Shown one piece after another: positions 13,201 to 28,200 of a DNA stretch of 64,000 bases (within the stretch, counting starts at the first letter, position 1; each line of letters starts with the position of its first letter). The stretch covers positions 223,575 through 287,574 of the forward strand of contig NMRA01000338.1 of assembly GCA_002633005.1 (NCBI GenBank), written 5' to 3'. Source of the stretch: Phoronis australis (Eukaryota > Animalia > Phoronida). Under the pieces are notes generated by a model that saw nothing but the letters and a program-made list of their open reading frames with translations, made no database searches and had not been told where the DNA came from. The position numbers and the translations under genes were made by a program.

Positions 13201-16200
13201 ACAATTTCGCTAAAAAGGGTCACTTACGCGTATAGGGCACGACTTTGAACTTTAGTGTGATGTGTTTTGTGGTTTTCTTGCTATTGAGGTGCGAAACAGT
13301 AACAACCATTCTTTAGAGGGTAAGAACGTGACGTACGAAATCCCTAAAGAGGGCTGCGAAATGCAGTGTNNNNNNNNNNNNNNNNNNNNNNNNNNNNNNN
13401 NNNNNNNNNNNNNNNNNNNNNNNNNNNNNNNNNNNNNNNNNNNNNNNNNNNNNNNNNNNNNNNNNNNNNNNNNNNNNNNNNNNNNNNNNNNNNNNNNNNN
13501 NNNNNNNNNNNNNNNNNNNNNNNNNNNNNNNNNNNNNNNNNNNNNNNNNNNNNNNNNNNNNNNNNNNNNNNNNNNNNNNNNNNNNNNNNNNNNNNNNNNN
13601 NNNNNNNNNNNNNNNNNNNNNNNNNNNNNNNNNNNNNNNNNNNNNNNNNNNNNNNNNNNNNNNNNNNNNNNNNNNNNNNNNNNNNNNNNNNNNNNNNNNN
13701 NNNNNNNNNNNNNNNNNNNNNNNNNNNNNGCGCCGCACTAAAATAGCCCCCCCCCCCAGCCCCCTTTGGTGCGCCTCCCATGTTAACTGTCATAAGCGGA
13801 CCCCTTCCAACAGCTCATATCTACTATCAATTTTAAAAAGAAATTGGAAATAAGACAGATGACTGCACTGTCCTTTCCAGATAGGTGTCTCTGGAGAAGT
13901 ACAGCTATGTATGTACCAAAAATGGCCTTCTTGGATCAATTTGCCGAATATTGTTAAACAGAAATGCAACCACTTTTTTACGATATACCTGCTGAACAAT
14001 TTCATCTCAACGTCGTGCAACAATCACATTTATCAAATGAATAACTTTTGGAAATTATGCGAAATAAAAAAACAATAAAACGTTGAATATATTAACATAT
14101 AATGTTTTCAAATTTAATTTGAGGGGACGCTCATTTGGTTCGTTTTTCAAGAATGCTGTGGACGTGACGAAAGAAAAAAGAAGGGCGCAACACCTGGATG
14201 ACGCCAGACGTTTAAATATTGGCGCAAAAACTGGTGTGGAAAAAGTAAGTCATTTTACGGATTATTCCAAAAAGAAATTAGGCTTAAAATGCCAACGCGA
14301 CCTGCGTTATTGCATCCGGCTAAAAAGTACTTTCATGTCTCTATTTGATGTGTGCTGTGCATTTCCGGAAAGCCTTTTGTCTTGCTTACAAACACCTGGT
14401 AAATGATTAACTTATTTACTGAGTAGTGTTTTTTCAGTATGAGTTTGTGAGAATTAGTTAGAGTTAAAAAAGTACAAATACACCTATTTCATTAAGTCGA
14501 AACTTGGTTTTAGCCGCTTTATTCCATGTCTGGGAGGCAATGTTTTTAATTTGAAGTATTCAATGTTCGGAAACATGTTTTGAAAAGTGTATTTGCTTCA
14601 TTCGTTTAGTCATCTAAGATACTGAAATACAGTGTTCGTGCCTTGGACTCGACAGTGGCCACCATACACGCAATTTACGCAGAAGAGTTGAGAGCAGCGG
14701 ACCTGTTGAGGTCACTCCGAGGTAAGTAGCTGGTGCGTTGACACGACGGACCTGTGCAATAAAGAGATAGTAAGGTGACATCGAGTTCACTATGACGTCA
14801 TTTTCACTGCTGAGTCACAACTGTACAGATTTTGATAGACCTATTGTATAATCAAGGAATTTCTGATTATCCTAGATCATTGTTCCGTGTAGAGAACGAA
14901 ATCAACAGTAGACATTTTGTCGCAGCTTTTTAGGGAACCAATCTCGACTTTCAAAGAGACAAATACCACCGGAGTATGAAAATGTGATTTTGCTTTGCAT
15001 AAAATTCTGTTTAATCGATGTCTTTAGAAATCGTAGGTGAGGTGGGAGCTAAAGTTGCTCGGCCGTTCGAGACGTTGTCAAGAGACCAGTTGGAAGCCAT
15101 TGATCGTGACGTCGGCAATTTTGTTGCTAATAAGGGAACCAGATCTCTGAGGGAAATAACGGGAACTGTCGAAGACGAATACAGGTTAGCCGAACTACAT
15201 AGGTCTGGCTCTGTTTTGAAAGATGCAAAACATTAAAACTTGTCAACTAACAAAAGCAGATAAGGATATATTTAAGTGTTTATGCTGTAGGGTCATCGAA
15301 ATCGTTAAGTTGTTGCCAAGTTGAATAAAATACACTTAAAATCCAAAACCCCACTGAACTCAAACTTACATTTCAATTAGATATTGCTTGGTGTTCCTTT
15401 ATCCTTTACACTTGAAATTAAATTACACTCAATCCAACCAGTGTAATTTAATTGGCCACACGTTAAAGAACGTCCGTTGTCAGTCACATTTACTTACTTT
15501 CCGCTTACATGTATGTCACAACTTACTTTGGTCAGCTGACCTATATCATTTGCATATTCATGACGAAATACTGAGACAAACATTAACAAAAGTTTTGTCA
15601 GTGCACTTGTTCCCAGTCTTATCTTCACTGGTAACTGCTTCCTTACACAATGTTTGGTACACTAAAGTAAATCGGTTGAAGAGTGATCGCCTGTCGGTGT
15701 ATTGGCTTAAGTTCGGAGTGGCACCTTTCCATCCACGTCTCTGCGATAAGTACGGTATACTTTAAAGATTTCTTTAAACAGAATTACTCTTCTGCTCGCT
15801 CAAAGCATACGATTTGGAAATTGTTGGTATTGTTTCTCTACTCGTTTGCAACATTCAGCTTTGGCATTTATTACACTCTTGAATTTGTTTCGCAGACTCT
15901 CATCTATTTATGTGGAAAAGGCTTTGAGCTTTCAAAATAACCACACGCACGTGTTTAGCAAAATCATCACGGAAATCAAAGACATCGAACTAAGGCTGGA
16001 AGATATGCTCGTATACACACAAGAAGTTCAAAGAACGAGTTCTGACGCAACAATGAAAACAATGACATTTTTGAAGAAGTTAACACCATTCCAGGTAACC
16101 AGCATCATTTTCCTCGACTCAATTTTCATAATGTTCATTCATTAGAAAGAACTGCTGTTCGTCATCACAGCGATCTAAAATTCTGATCTGAGTTCATTTT

Positions 16201-19200
16201 CTAAACTTTCCCGTGGAGTAGAAGAGTCAAAGATGCAACAACGGTTGATTGGGAAACACAGATGAGAATAAGCACTTGGTGTTACGGTGAACTTGACTGT
16301 TTTTCCTTGTCTTTAGTTAATCGTTAAGTTACGCAAGTCGTTGGATTCATGAAAAATGTATTACGACAACAAACTACCTTTAATTTTAGAAAGTCAGTAA
16401 AGAACTTCACAAAAACGCTTCAGACATAAGTGTCACTTTAAGCGAAGCATCTCACATCTACTCCGATGCGGCAGCGACACTGTACGACAAAACTGGGGCC
16501 TATTATCGGGCAAGTATTCTCATTTGTCTTCTGCAGAATATTACACCAGACATCCAATTCAATGGTAGCCAACACAATTTGTTCAAGCAGCATATAGATG
16601 TTAACTATCGTCCAAACTTTCATAACTTAGCAATCTTCTAAGGTTTTCCGTTACATAACACTGGAAACTAATGTCAAGACTAAATGATGTTTCAGGAGAT
16701 AATGCACCTTTACCGTAAACTAAAGAGACATCTGAGAAACATCTTGGAAAGGAATAGCATATTCAAAGATGAATATCTCGCTCTTAGACACAAATTACGG
16801 CGTGCTCGGATTCATGTGGACAAGTTGAAGGAGAGCGCCCAAAATATGAATGCGTAAGCCCAATTGTATGACATACACATCAGGTGTGCGTTTCGTGAAG
16901 TAAATTGGCTGTTTGCGAGAAAATCGAGATCGCGCAAGATTGAGCAAATCAGGCAAATGCAAGGCGAGTGTCTTGAAAATTCGGCGAAAATAAAATGCTG
17001 ACTTGCATGAATAGGAGAAAGTTTATGATTTCCGTTCCAAAAACGATTTTATTTCTACTCACTAAGTGCTTTGCGAGTGTCAACGAAACGTGCCCCAGTG
17101 TTTGCTTTCGGTGACATTTTTGTTAGTTTTGGAAGGTCATACAAGTCTTTTGTGCGACATCGCTGTGTAATACCATAGAACTCTATAGGGCCTAACTGTA
17201 ATGCGTTCTAGTGTGAGTACTTACGACCCCGAGATTTCACGGGACTGGCTGGGAGAGTTTGTATTGTTAATTTCCGATTGTCTGCTCAACTGAATTTTGA
17301 CCGAGTGTTGTATTTATCAAATCAAGCCTAATTTTATTGCTTCATTTTCATTTTTATGCGCACATTGGTCTAGTGTTGAAAACGTGTTTATTATAATTTG
17401 TCCCAGGTACATACATTTGTTTCCTATTAGAGCCAAGGTGGTGGTTGATGATGTGGATAAATTTTAAGGAAATTGCAAACGTTCGAAATTATTGCAATAC
17501 GTACACATGGTGTTACGTTACGCCCACCAGCTCGGCAACGTAGTACCCACGGTCGGCTTCCCGCACCGCCAAATCGTAAGCAGATGGTCCTCCGTTTGGC
17601 AATGCTTGGGGCCATTAAACCGCAAAATATTCCACAAACTCAAAAAAATTGTTCAGAAGAAATTTCTGGTGATGAAAGCTCTAGTTTAATTAGATTGTAC
17701 CAATCAAACATTCCATATATTCAATAGAAGGAAACAGGTCAACACCAAAACAAGCATATCCAAATTAATCCCACGCATGCGCGGCGCAACCTCGGCCGCC
17801 CGTGGTCGATTGACGTTCCAGTTGTATACCTCCATGTTACTGAAGTGGATCACCTTGTCTGTCTCTTCAGTCCCGCGTACCGCAAGCAATATTAAACGAA
17901 TGGGTGCTCCTTTGTACCCCATCCCATATTACTCGGTGTAATTCTTTCTTCATTACATTGGATGTATACCCACGATTCGTCAGGCAGATTGTCCAGTGTT
18001 TTACCTATTTTCAGACTGCTTAGAGAAAACAGTGACGTCAAAACAGCCTTAGAAGCAGTTGCAATATACGGTGTTATCAGAGACACCATCTTAGACGCCA
18101 GAGAGTCAGCTGCACGAGCAGTCTCGTACGCTTTAGCCGCCCTGTATAAGGTGAGAAAATTGTACAGCTAGAGTGAGTGTGGACCCACCTCTAAGGCACA
18201 ACGTCTTGCTAACCACACTTTTTCCGTTTACTTCAAAACATTTGATATTACTGTGCACGTTTGATCTGGGATCCGTCTCATGAAAGTGACGTCAGACTTG
18301 GACAGAATTTTGGTCTTGCTTTCCCACTTCACAATTTTTGAACAAAGACTTAGCCAAGTAGTTTTGAGCACATCATAGTCCAGAAATAATTTATAGAAAT
18401 TATCTCAGTAACTACCAGTTATGTATATATATACTTAGAGAATTTACACGTTTATTCAAGTGAGATTTACTTATTTTTCATAAATAGTTGTGTGGAGCGT
18501 AAGACAAAGTTGACGTCCTAAGTCACTTTTCAGGATATAGATCCCCGAATTGTTTCGTCTGTAACGATGAGGCTACAGGTGAACCCGAGTTCGACAACAA
18601 TCTGACCCACCAGTTTGTTTTCAGGAAGCTCCAAACTAAGAAATGTATCAAATTCCTTTGCAGAATAAAGAGAACATTAGGACCTACGTACAGAGTTCTG
18701 AGAGAAGTGTCTCCCAAGAACTGGCAGTAGACATGTCTGAAGCGAACAGAACAGGTTGGTAAAGTGCTAGGTCTACCCTTAGAGGTAGCGATGTATTACA
18801 ATGACCTGTGTCATTACACTTGAAACAAAACGGACCAGTAGTAACCGGAGCACACATATCAGTCCCATTCATTTCAATTTTGTAATAAGTCGAACTTTTG
18901 AATCAAATGGGGACCCAGTATAATGAACAACGATTTGCCAAAATATGTTATGTCTCCAACGGGTACTTCTAATACATGTAGCCAGCTCTCTGAGTGCTAC
19001 CAGCAATCAGTAATAGAGGTTCTCTTAAGACGAGATCGGGTGTATTCTCACGACCACTTCGTGTAGTCGGCATACTACCAAGTCAGCTCGAGGGCACTCC
19101 CACACCCAACGTGGGGCAATACTTCGACAGCCAGTTCAGGGTGTGCTCCGGGGGCCAATCCGGGTGCTATTGCAGAGAGCAATTCGGGTGAGGTTACTCC

Positions 19201-22200
19201 CTTATCCGGCATGAAAGGGTATTCCCCTGGCATCCAGCCCGAGAGTACGTAACCAATTCGTGTGAAAGTTACGAGACCAGCTAGACGGGCATTCTGCACA
19301 TAATTATGAGTTCTTAAAGTGCCCTTTTTAATCAGAGCACAAGTTTCACTATTCTTACGGCAATTAATTCTGGCTGGCCGAGATTGAAATTTGTTTTGCA
19401 TAAAATAGGTTTTTAACTAGGAAATAGAACTAGTCAACACAGCATATAGACTTTACTATTTTGCCAATCAAGAAGATCTATTACCTATTACCGTAAGGAG
19501 TTATAACGTTCAAAAGAAAATGGGGAAAGTTACGACAGTCGTTTACACAAATATCAGGATACTTGTACTAGAAACAGGGTTAAAGCTGCTTCGGACAATC
19601 TTGATGCCTCGGTCAAATAAAACCTACGATTCCGATCCGATGAGTTTGAGGAAGAAAAATGATTAAATCGGCCGACAATCGGAGTCTATCGGAAGATTAC
19701 AGGGAGCGCCAGTCAGAAGTCGATGTCGTAAATCACCAATAGCGACGACTGGTCCAGTGAAAAATAGCCCGATTGTACTGGGTATTGGGTCTACAGAGTA
19801 TTACACGACATACGTAACTCAGGATCAAGTACTTGATCCGAATGAATTCAATTCAATAACTTCGATAACCATGAGTAGGTGATAAAGATCAGTAGCCAAG
19901 GGAACTAACGATGTCGACGACATCAGCGACATGTTTTCTTGGTTCTTGCCTTTTACACAATTCAACATGATTTGTTGAAATTTTATCTACATCAAACGTT
20001 CCCACCAACGACACAAGCATCCTTACTTCAAATTTGCCAACACTCAATCACTGAGACATGGAACATTTTTGGAGACAACTAGTTTCGTGCCAATCTTTGA
20101 TTTGCATTATAAAATGTGTTTTCAAGTTACAAAGTGGAACCACTAGAATGATCCTGTATGTCGCAATGCTCATGATTAACTACAACTAAAACACTGCTAT
20201 AGTGCGCATTATTGCTTAATATCTTTCTGAATCAACCACGATGACTTGCGGCGAGTTTCGCAAAATGGTTCCCAAAATATCACGAACGGGCCGACCAAAA
20301 CGATTGTTTTAGTTGTATTTTATTCCATTTTCAGGTGAAGTTATCGAATACGCAGAGCAAAAGTCTCGAGAAATACGTCGGATGCATGAAGAGGCGAAAC
20401 ACATGACTTCAGATGCAACAGACCTTGTAGCGCAGCTATTGCGCACGAAAAGTTAGTACCTCTTTGTTTCTCAAGATGTCTCTGTGATAAACTGCATCAC
20501 CATATACTTAAACGGTCAATTTCGGGCATACAGTGTTAATTCAAGATAACTGTTTTATCAATTAAAGTTTTCCATCTACCATCAGAGAAAACAGGTAGCA
20601 TGGTTAACGTTTGTTGAGCTAGTGTTAACAGGTATCAATTTTTATCAGTTTTAAACTCACGTTGTCACTAAGATGTCTTCGCCTTGACACTTTTGTTTCA
20701 GGAAAAAAACTGAAAACTAAGAAAATAGACAGGAAAACCAAGAAAGTGAATAAAAAGCTAAATCGTATCAGGAAGTTTGACGAGCTTGTGAACAAAGCTG
20801 TTACGTTGGCACCATTGAACCGCAGTGGAACATCCAATATAAGCGACGGGTTCAAGATAACCGTTGACGGTAAAATGATTTAGAATTACATGTTTTGAAG
20901 GACGCTCAAGACTAGTTGAAGTTGAATACACCAGACACTTAATACTGGCATCCATGTATATCACTATAATATAGATTTTTTAAACAAATGTTATCAACAT
21001 ATGACTACGTTTCCAATGTCTCTTATAACCTTCATCAGCTCTTGCTACTCACGAAGGCAAGGTACACACCTAAAATGTATAAACTTCATTATCTACTGGA
21101 TTTGGCAAGAACGTTATAGGACAACCCAATCTTGTCTCTTACAGCCCATAGTAGCCTTAAGGAACGCACGGAGCAACTTGTTAACTTATCGGACAGATTG
21201 TTGTTACGACAAGCTAAAATGAGAGAACGGTCGCTAAAACTCAATAGTGATGTTGAGTTACTGAAACAGAACATCGAAACAGCAAGAGCTCTAGCGAACA
21301 GGGTAAAGACTTACGTTAATGTATCACTATCTGGAGTTTGAACAGAATCAATCTTTTATGATTCAGTCCAATGACCAGAAATTAACCTGCCCCTCTCACT
21401 ACTGCAACGATTTATGGAGATTCACGTACATGTACAATGTTTCTCCAGCAATGCTCGACGCTTAGCATGACGCTCTGTGATTACCAATACCTACTCTTGC
21501 TCATGCTCATTTCCTAAGGCAAATCAAGACCTTCTGTACACAAACGGGCCCGTCTGATTTTTGTCAAACGATTCCGACTTCCATCTGTTTACTTCCTTTA
21601 CAACTTTGCATTTTGGATGCCTGGTCGGTCATGTGCTTGGTGACTTTGTAGCCACCTGGGATTTACCATGTTGACAAACAAAACTTTGAACTCTTCTCGC
21701 AGTTAAGAGATCCGATACTTGAATTTACACCTGTTCCCCCGGTTTTATTGTCTCATTCATTGTACAAGCGTGTTTTATTTTCTACATTAATAGTTTGGGT
21801 TGTATTTACCCAATGTTTGACAATGTCCTTTCGATATACAATGACAACATGAACCAGCAACAACGAGGATTATCAGTTGCAACAGAAAATACCTAATATA
21901 TACTGGCGTACAGTACAGTCCATTAGATGGTGCAATTTGAATAAGTGATTTGATGTTTCAGATCAAGTTGTCTATGTCTACAGACGGAACGTGTATGCGA
22001 GAGTATCGTGTGGACGCGACACCTCGTGTCTCATTCTCTCTTCGACTACTTCCAATGCGGCCCACAAATGGAACGATATTCAGGCTATCAGAACATGACG
22101 GAATCGCAAGTTTTTCTGATTTTAGCTTTGTAGCTGCCACCTTTCTTAAACTGTAACCACAACGTTTAAAGTGAAGTGTAGCAATGTCTTCTTTCATTTG

Positions 22201-25200
22201 TCTGCTCCAGGGGCATTAGTTTTCCTTTGGGAAATTCAGAATCAACAAGCAAGTCTGGGATTCCGTTACCTCACTTTACCGTTGTTCATCAAACGTTTTG
22301 CATAAGTAAAAAAAAATTTTAAATGCACACACAACAAAGTGTTTTATTCATTTCCAAAATAAGAGAGAGCGAGTATAATACAAAGTTTGCGAACCTTTGT
22401 TTTGTTACTAGACCCTTCGATCATTGTTGACCATCTATTTGTTAACTTGAATTGTATAATTATAAACTCATTGGATAATTGTATTTTTGGAACAACAATT
22501 CAGCTCTATTTTTTATAAACATTAAATTCAGAGGTTGTCATTTTCTCATCCGAGAATTAGCTTTGAAGATGAATAAATCGTTTCTGAAACTAAAAGTTAG
22601 TGCTAATGGTAAAATGTCATCGATTCTTTCAAAACAATAAGTTGCCAAACCTGGCTAATGATACAATTTCCTTAAAACAATACATGTTACTAGGACAAAA
22701 GATAGCAAAGCTTATTCTAATCTGCATTTTTGAAATTTGACGAAAAGGTGTGGGATTTTTAGGTGTCAATATTTTTAAAAAGTCGCCTGATGCCAATCTG
22801 AGATGGGCCAGAATCCCGTTTTTTCTTCTTAGCATAATCTGATGTTAGCTGAAATGGGACGGGATCCTTCAGTTCCCTCAACGTCACCTTACACTAGCTG
22901 AAAGGGCTGGATTCATAATTTTTTCTTACCCAGCACCACCTGGTGTCCGTTTTGAAGGTCAGATTTCAAATGACTCTTAAAGCACACCAGGATCAATTAT
23001 GCTACTTCTGACTTGACATGATTTATTTCTTACGTGCAGTTATCTAATGCCTTCATTGTTGATGTGGATGAGGCTAAGGTAAGACTGAGTTGGGGTCCGA
23101 AAGGGAGTAACCCAATTCGACTGATGGATACGGAACCTCTTCGTCAAGCAGAATGGAATCAAGTTAAAGTAGACAGGTAATACCGTGCTGTCTTTTATAC
23201 TTCAATTCCAGTCATAACACGTGCGTTACCAACCGTATTGTTTTTATCCCTTTCAGCACTGTGTCAGTTTTGGAGAAATACTTAACTTTGTTCATATATG
23301 AACATTGATCTAAAGAATCTACACTTCTGTGTCGAGACCCGCGATGTTACATGAAGTCTGGTAACGAAACCACGTCCAGTTCTGTTATCTAAAATTGCAA
23401 TATCAAATTTCAATCACATGGAATGCACCTTTATTATTTAACTTTGTTCAATCGATTATTCATAAGTCATCATTTATTACACACAGCACATTGGACAAAA
23501 TCGTTCTAACGGTGACGTCACGAGGGGAATCGCGAACCATTTCCAGAGTAACTGACCAGTCTCCGTCTCTCAAGTCTAAGATGACCACAGTTGTCATCGG
23601 AGGGGTATGGATACATTTTTAGGATCAAAAAGTTGCGCCAGTTTTTTGTTGTTTTCTTATCATCAAACTGTTGTACTTTACGTTAACAGATGATTAAATG
23701 AATAGTCCAGTAGGTGTGCGTAAAATACTATCGCACATCTCTTTGACCATCTATTACGCTCGCACGTGCAATACGTCGATTAAACATTTATTGATAGTAG
23801 CCATGTTATACTTTTTAGAAACGATTACTTCTATTACATTCTTTCAACAGAATGGGGACATCTCGTCTGTCAGTCCCTTTACTGGATGTATATCTGACGT
23901 CGTTGTTTCTGGAAAATCGCTGGGGCTGTTTAATTTTATTAGATCTATTGGAAACTGCGGAGGATGCCAGCACGGGTAAGACAATGAGCTTTTTTATTGC
24001 TCCTTTTTCACATGCCTACAGTGACGACAGGTAATGCGTGTGCTTTGACGAAAGAGATTTTCAACGCAATATTTTGGTTTTCGCCTTGACGTCAAGGTGC
24101 CGTGTTTTGTCGAAGCAATCCACTTTTGGTTTAAATCTCTCACCGCAATTATCTGGTCTCAACTTGTTCCTTACTCAGATGGAAAATGTTTTTTTTCTTT
24201 GCTTAGAAAGAGCTGTCAATTTGTTCTTGCTCTCGAGTCCATGCTTGGCAAACAAAATTACTCACCGTGACAAGCCGAAGGCTTCTTCAGTTTTTTCCAA
24301 ACCTACAAATTACCTCTAATCTCTGAAAAGGCGCCGTCACATTATTATTATGAATTAAAGAAACGATGGCAAACTAATTTCAGAAACCTTGCTACGTTCA
24401 AAATTCACGATGAACCTCACAGGAAACTGAACAGAGTAACAAGAAAACAAATTCAAAGCAAAACAAACTCCAGGGAATACTACCGAGTGACAAAACAACT
24501 CCCTGTACACTAGTATAAGCGGAGGTAATTCGTCATGGAGACGGCGCCTTTAGTAAACAAGTTGAAACCATTTTCATAACTGTAAGTAGTCTAAATAAAA
24601 ATTCTTTTTTACGGAAGGTGGGTTTAATAAGCATGGCGCGCTTTTAAACCGCCGTCTACTTCCTCAGTGACAACATGTTACGTCTTGCCAAACTGTAATT
24701 TTGCATTACGTTTTATGTGACTGTATTGCGAAAACAGATTGGCATTGTTTCCAGGTTCTTTAGGACAAAGCGAACCATCAGGATTATAAAAAAGCTAGAA
24801 GTTACACTAAGTTTTTGCCGAACTTACCTCATTATCATATATACTGTAATATATATGTATAACGAATTGAGTTCTTTTTCAATAGGGTCGACAGTTCCTC
24901 TGTATTTGTGCCGTTAACTACTACAAGACCAACTACAACAGCGGTAAGGAAACTTAATCTTCTTGTAGTCGAGCATAGCTTTTACAAGTTCTTTATTTTT
25001 TGTTGGTTCTGGTCTTTGGTTTTCTTAAAATCGAGTCGGTGGTGCGGAAGAGATTGATCTGGCGACCTACAGGTCGCGATCCCTGATTTCGTTTGACGAC
25101 CTGATGAAAAATCGCAAGTCGCCACGATGTTGTACGAGCTTAAAATGCTACATGTGGTAAACAGACGAGAGTCGGAATTCATAAGCAAAAACTGGAAAGG

Positions 25201-28200
25201 ATCCCACACAAACAGCGTGTTCTGGGTCCGTTCTCCAATCTTTTTACTCGAAACCGAACTCGAAATTAGGTTTGGCATTTTCTACTCTACTTTTGGGCGA
25301 ACTCAAGATAAGTGTCTATTATTCTATGCTCGAGTACACAATAACTTACGTAGATAATTTATTGCCCTTAGTTCACAGTTTGTAAACCCAATATTAAAGC
25401 AATAAGTTCGAGTTTGAACTCGAAATTTCGAGTTTTTACTCAAGTTTGTAGCACGAATATAAGGGTCTTCAAGGGCAAACTTGAACTAGAAACTCCTATG
25501 CATAAACTATAATGTATTCGAGCACAATCTGATAACCAATTATCTTAAGTTCGCACAAAAGGAGCAGAGAAATTGCCAAAAATAGTTTCGAGTTCGTTTC
25601 GAGTAAAAAAGATTAGAGACCGGGCCCTGATCTTCTGCTTTTCGCTAGGTAGGCGTTGGCCTGCGCGAACTATTGGGCATGAGGGAGAGGAAGGAAGAAA
25701 TTGCGTGTTCGAGGACACAATCTACACTTAATTTCCACTCGAATAAAAATGAAAGAGGGCCACCCGGGTCCCGATTCCAGGTGTTCCGACTGACATTTTC
25801 TCAATTCACCGGCTCTTCAAATCAGATATCCCATTTTTATTTTCAACTGATGCCAATCCTTACCCAGGCATACCGAGATTCCTTCATTCGACAAGTTCAT
25901 GTTTAGCGTCGATCCCTGTGCGGAATTTTTCTTTTTGCTCAATTCTTCAAAAAACACTATTTACTGGAGACGAGGGAATTCACTTGAAAGCTGACCCCTT
26001 TCACGGGACCTTGTACTTCGGCAATAGACTTGTCCGTGCCACGCTGTCGTCAAGAGGCTGCTGCATCAAGAAATCTCATCTAAGGTCCTATTACACGGTG
26101 TAAAGCGATTGCCTCATTGGTTACAGCTTCACGGCAATAAAACACTGACTAAGATAAACTGATGTGTGGTGGACTAACATTGGTGATGTTTCGAACTCTT
26201 GGGCTTTTGAAATTTAAAAGTTAAATTAGGGTCATTTTGACGGGAGAAATATGATAAAAAGTAGCCAAAATATACGTTGTTAAGTTTCGGTTCACTAAAG
26301 AATGGTTTTAGTGTTTCTTTGCACAGTGGCAGATAATTGGCCTACAAGTCGCGATGCCGGGCAAAAGGATTCGAAAACACTTTACTGTTTAAATTGATAT
26401 CTGGTCTTAGCCTCGATTTAGAAACCGCTGACTTCTGGAGTTAACCCAAAAGGGAGGTATTTGTAAATGTGTTTTTTATCATCGCTCGGCAAACCATGTT
26501 TTTTAAATCTCTCTTGCGTGACTTTGTGCAGCTTTTTAAAACAAAACGAACAAAAAACAGTAAAACACCAGACTTTGGCTGAAATTTTTGCGGGAGGGCG
26601 TTCTTTTTTCTAGTAAGCACAGACCAGGCGTGCGTTCAGTAGACGCTAGGACCTACGCTAGGACCTAGCTAAAACCTAGTCAAAGTCACGTGCTCTCATT
26701 TAAAATACACGGCCATATCTCACGTAATCTCGCGAAGTCTAGGGTTACTGAACGGGAGGCAGGACCACTATGTTTTTTGACCTAATCGTCGATTTAGAGC
26801 TCCATGCAGGACCGTGTATGAATAACATTATTCTGGTTCGTGTTTTGGGTGTAACATTTTGTTTTGTTTGAACACGGTGAGCAAGCGTTCCTAATTATAC
26901 ACGATAAGATTAATTCATGATCGGAGAGATTCCCTGATGCTAAGATGATTTATTCCAACTGGAAGTTTTTGATTTCGGATTGACCTAATTAACACTGCAT
27001 AGGCTTTTAATTAGATACGAGTGTGCACAGTAGTTCCTTAGTGTTACCCATTCTAGCCGGAAGTTGCTCATGACAATTGCCTTTGTCTGAAATTGTTGAA
27101 ATGTCTGTCTTTATGTCACTTTTTTAAAGGAACCTACGTCGTGTTCCACTGGCCTGAAGTATCCGAGGGAAGACCGCGCGGTAACCTTTGGTGACACTCA
27201 TTACAGTCACTCGTCCGTGTCTACCCGTAAGAAAGGCGATTTAACAAAGAAGTAAGCAGCTCCCCTGAGATTCACAATTGCCTCTGTATTGTCTCAAGCA
27301 AAACATGACAATTGTGTGTGTGCCATGTTGTGTGGTAAAGAAAAACTTACAAACAAGAAAAAAAACTCACATGGCTTCAAACGTAACAACTAAATGAGTC
27401 AAATTCTTCAACGAATACCTATGCCACGTGTCCGCTAGCAAGCAAAAACACCAAAACGCCACTGTGCCTTATGACATATACTTTAAGTCGGTGTCACCCA
27501 TCGTGACTACATCCGTACCCGCCTTCTGAGTAGGGAACATGTCTGGAGAAATAATTAAGGGGTTGCTAACAAAGACCGGCGGAGGTAAAAGGTACAGGGA
27601 TAACTATTCCTCGTGAGGTAGTGGTTACCCGGCATCTGAACCATCATTGCGTTCTCACTCGCCACTCATGTAAGAGGAGTGGGGCGCAGTGCCAATCTCC
27701 AACACGTAATCCTTAAGACCATTAACATACCCCACAAACTTATTGCTACAATCTGATGGAAAGACTCTAACCGTTCCATACATGGCGCGAAGCGCTGTCA
27801 TTGATGAAATACGAGCTCCTCTATTTTCTCCACATGAACAATTATTGTAATCAGACATATAATAGTAGGGTTGATAGTTTACTGTTGGCTTTTTCACCTC
27901 TAGTTCTCTGTAAGACTGCATCCGTAAGACTTATTGTGTGGACCTTAAAGATAGAAAGCCCTGGTTAGGGGAGATTAGCAGGCAAGTTTGTCATCGTCTG
28001 CATCTCCTGCTGCTCGCGTCCCTTGCGACATTTGACACAGTTGAAAATGATAATGACGACGAGACTCTGTCCATTGAGGATCCAGTGACCAGCCTCTCTT
28101 ATGGCGGCTTCCGTGAGGTGTCTTCCTGTTCGAGACTTCAGTGTGATAGTGACGAATCAGTGTGGCTACATGTGATCTGTGAATGCTGATTTGGTGTTTC

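Noticed and set aside
13262-13793. ORFs spanning poly-X
   Set aside because: Artefacts of the N gap.
17431-17900. Extra laminin exon(s)
   Set aside because: In-frame TAA at 17465 and no phase-compatible donor; exons ending 16853 and starting 18015 already join into a typical alpha-chain motif.
19473-19600. Possible additional coiled-coil exon (EDLLPITVRSYNVQKK...)
   Set aside because: Open in phase 1, but no convincing phase-1 donor; not needed for frame continuity.
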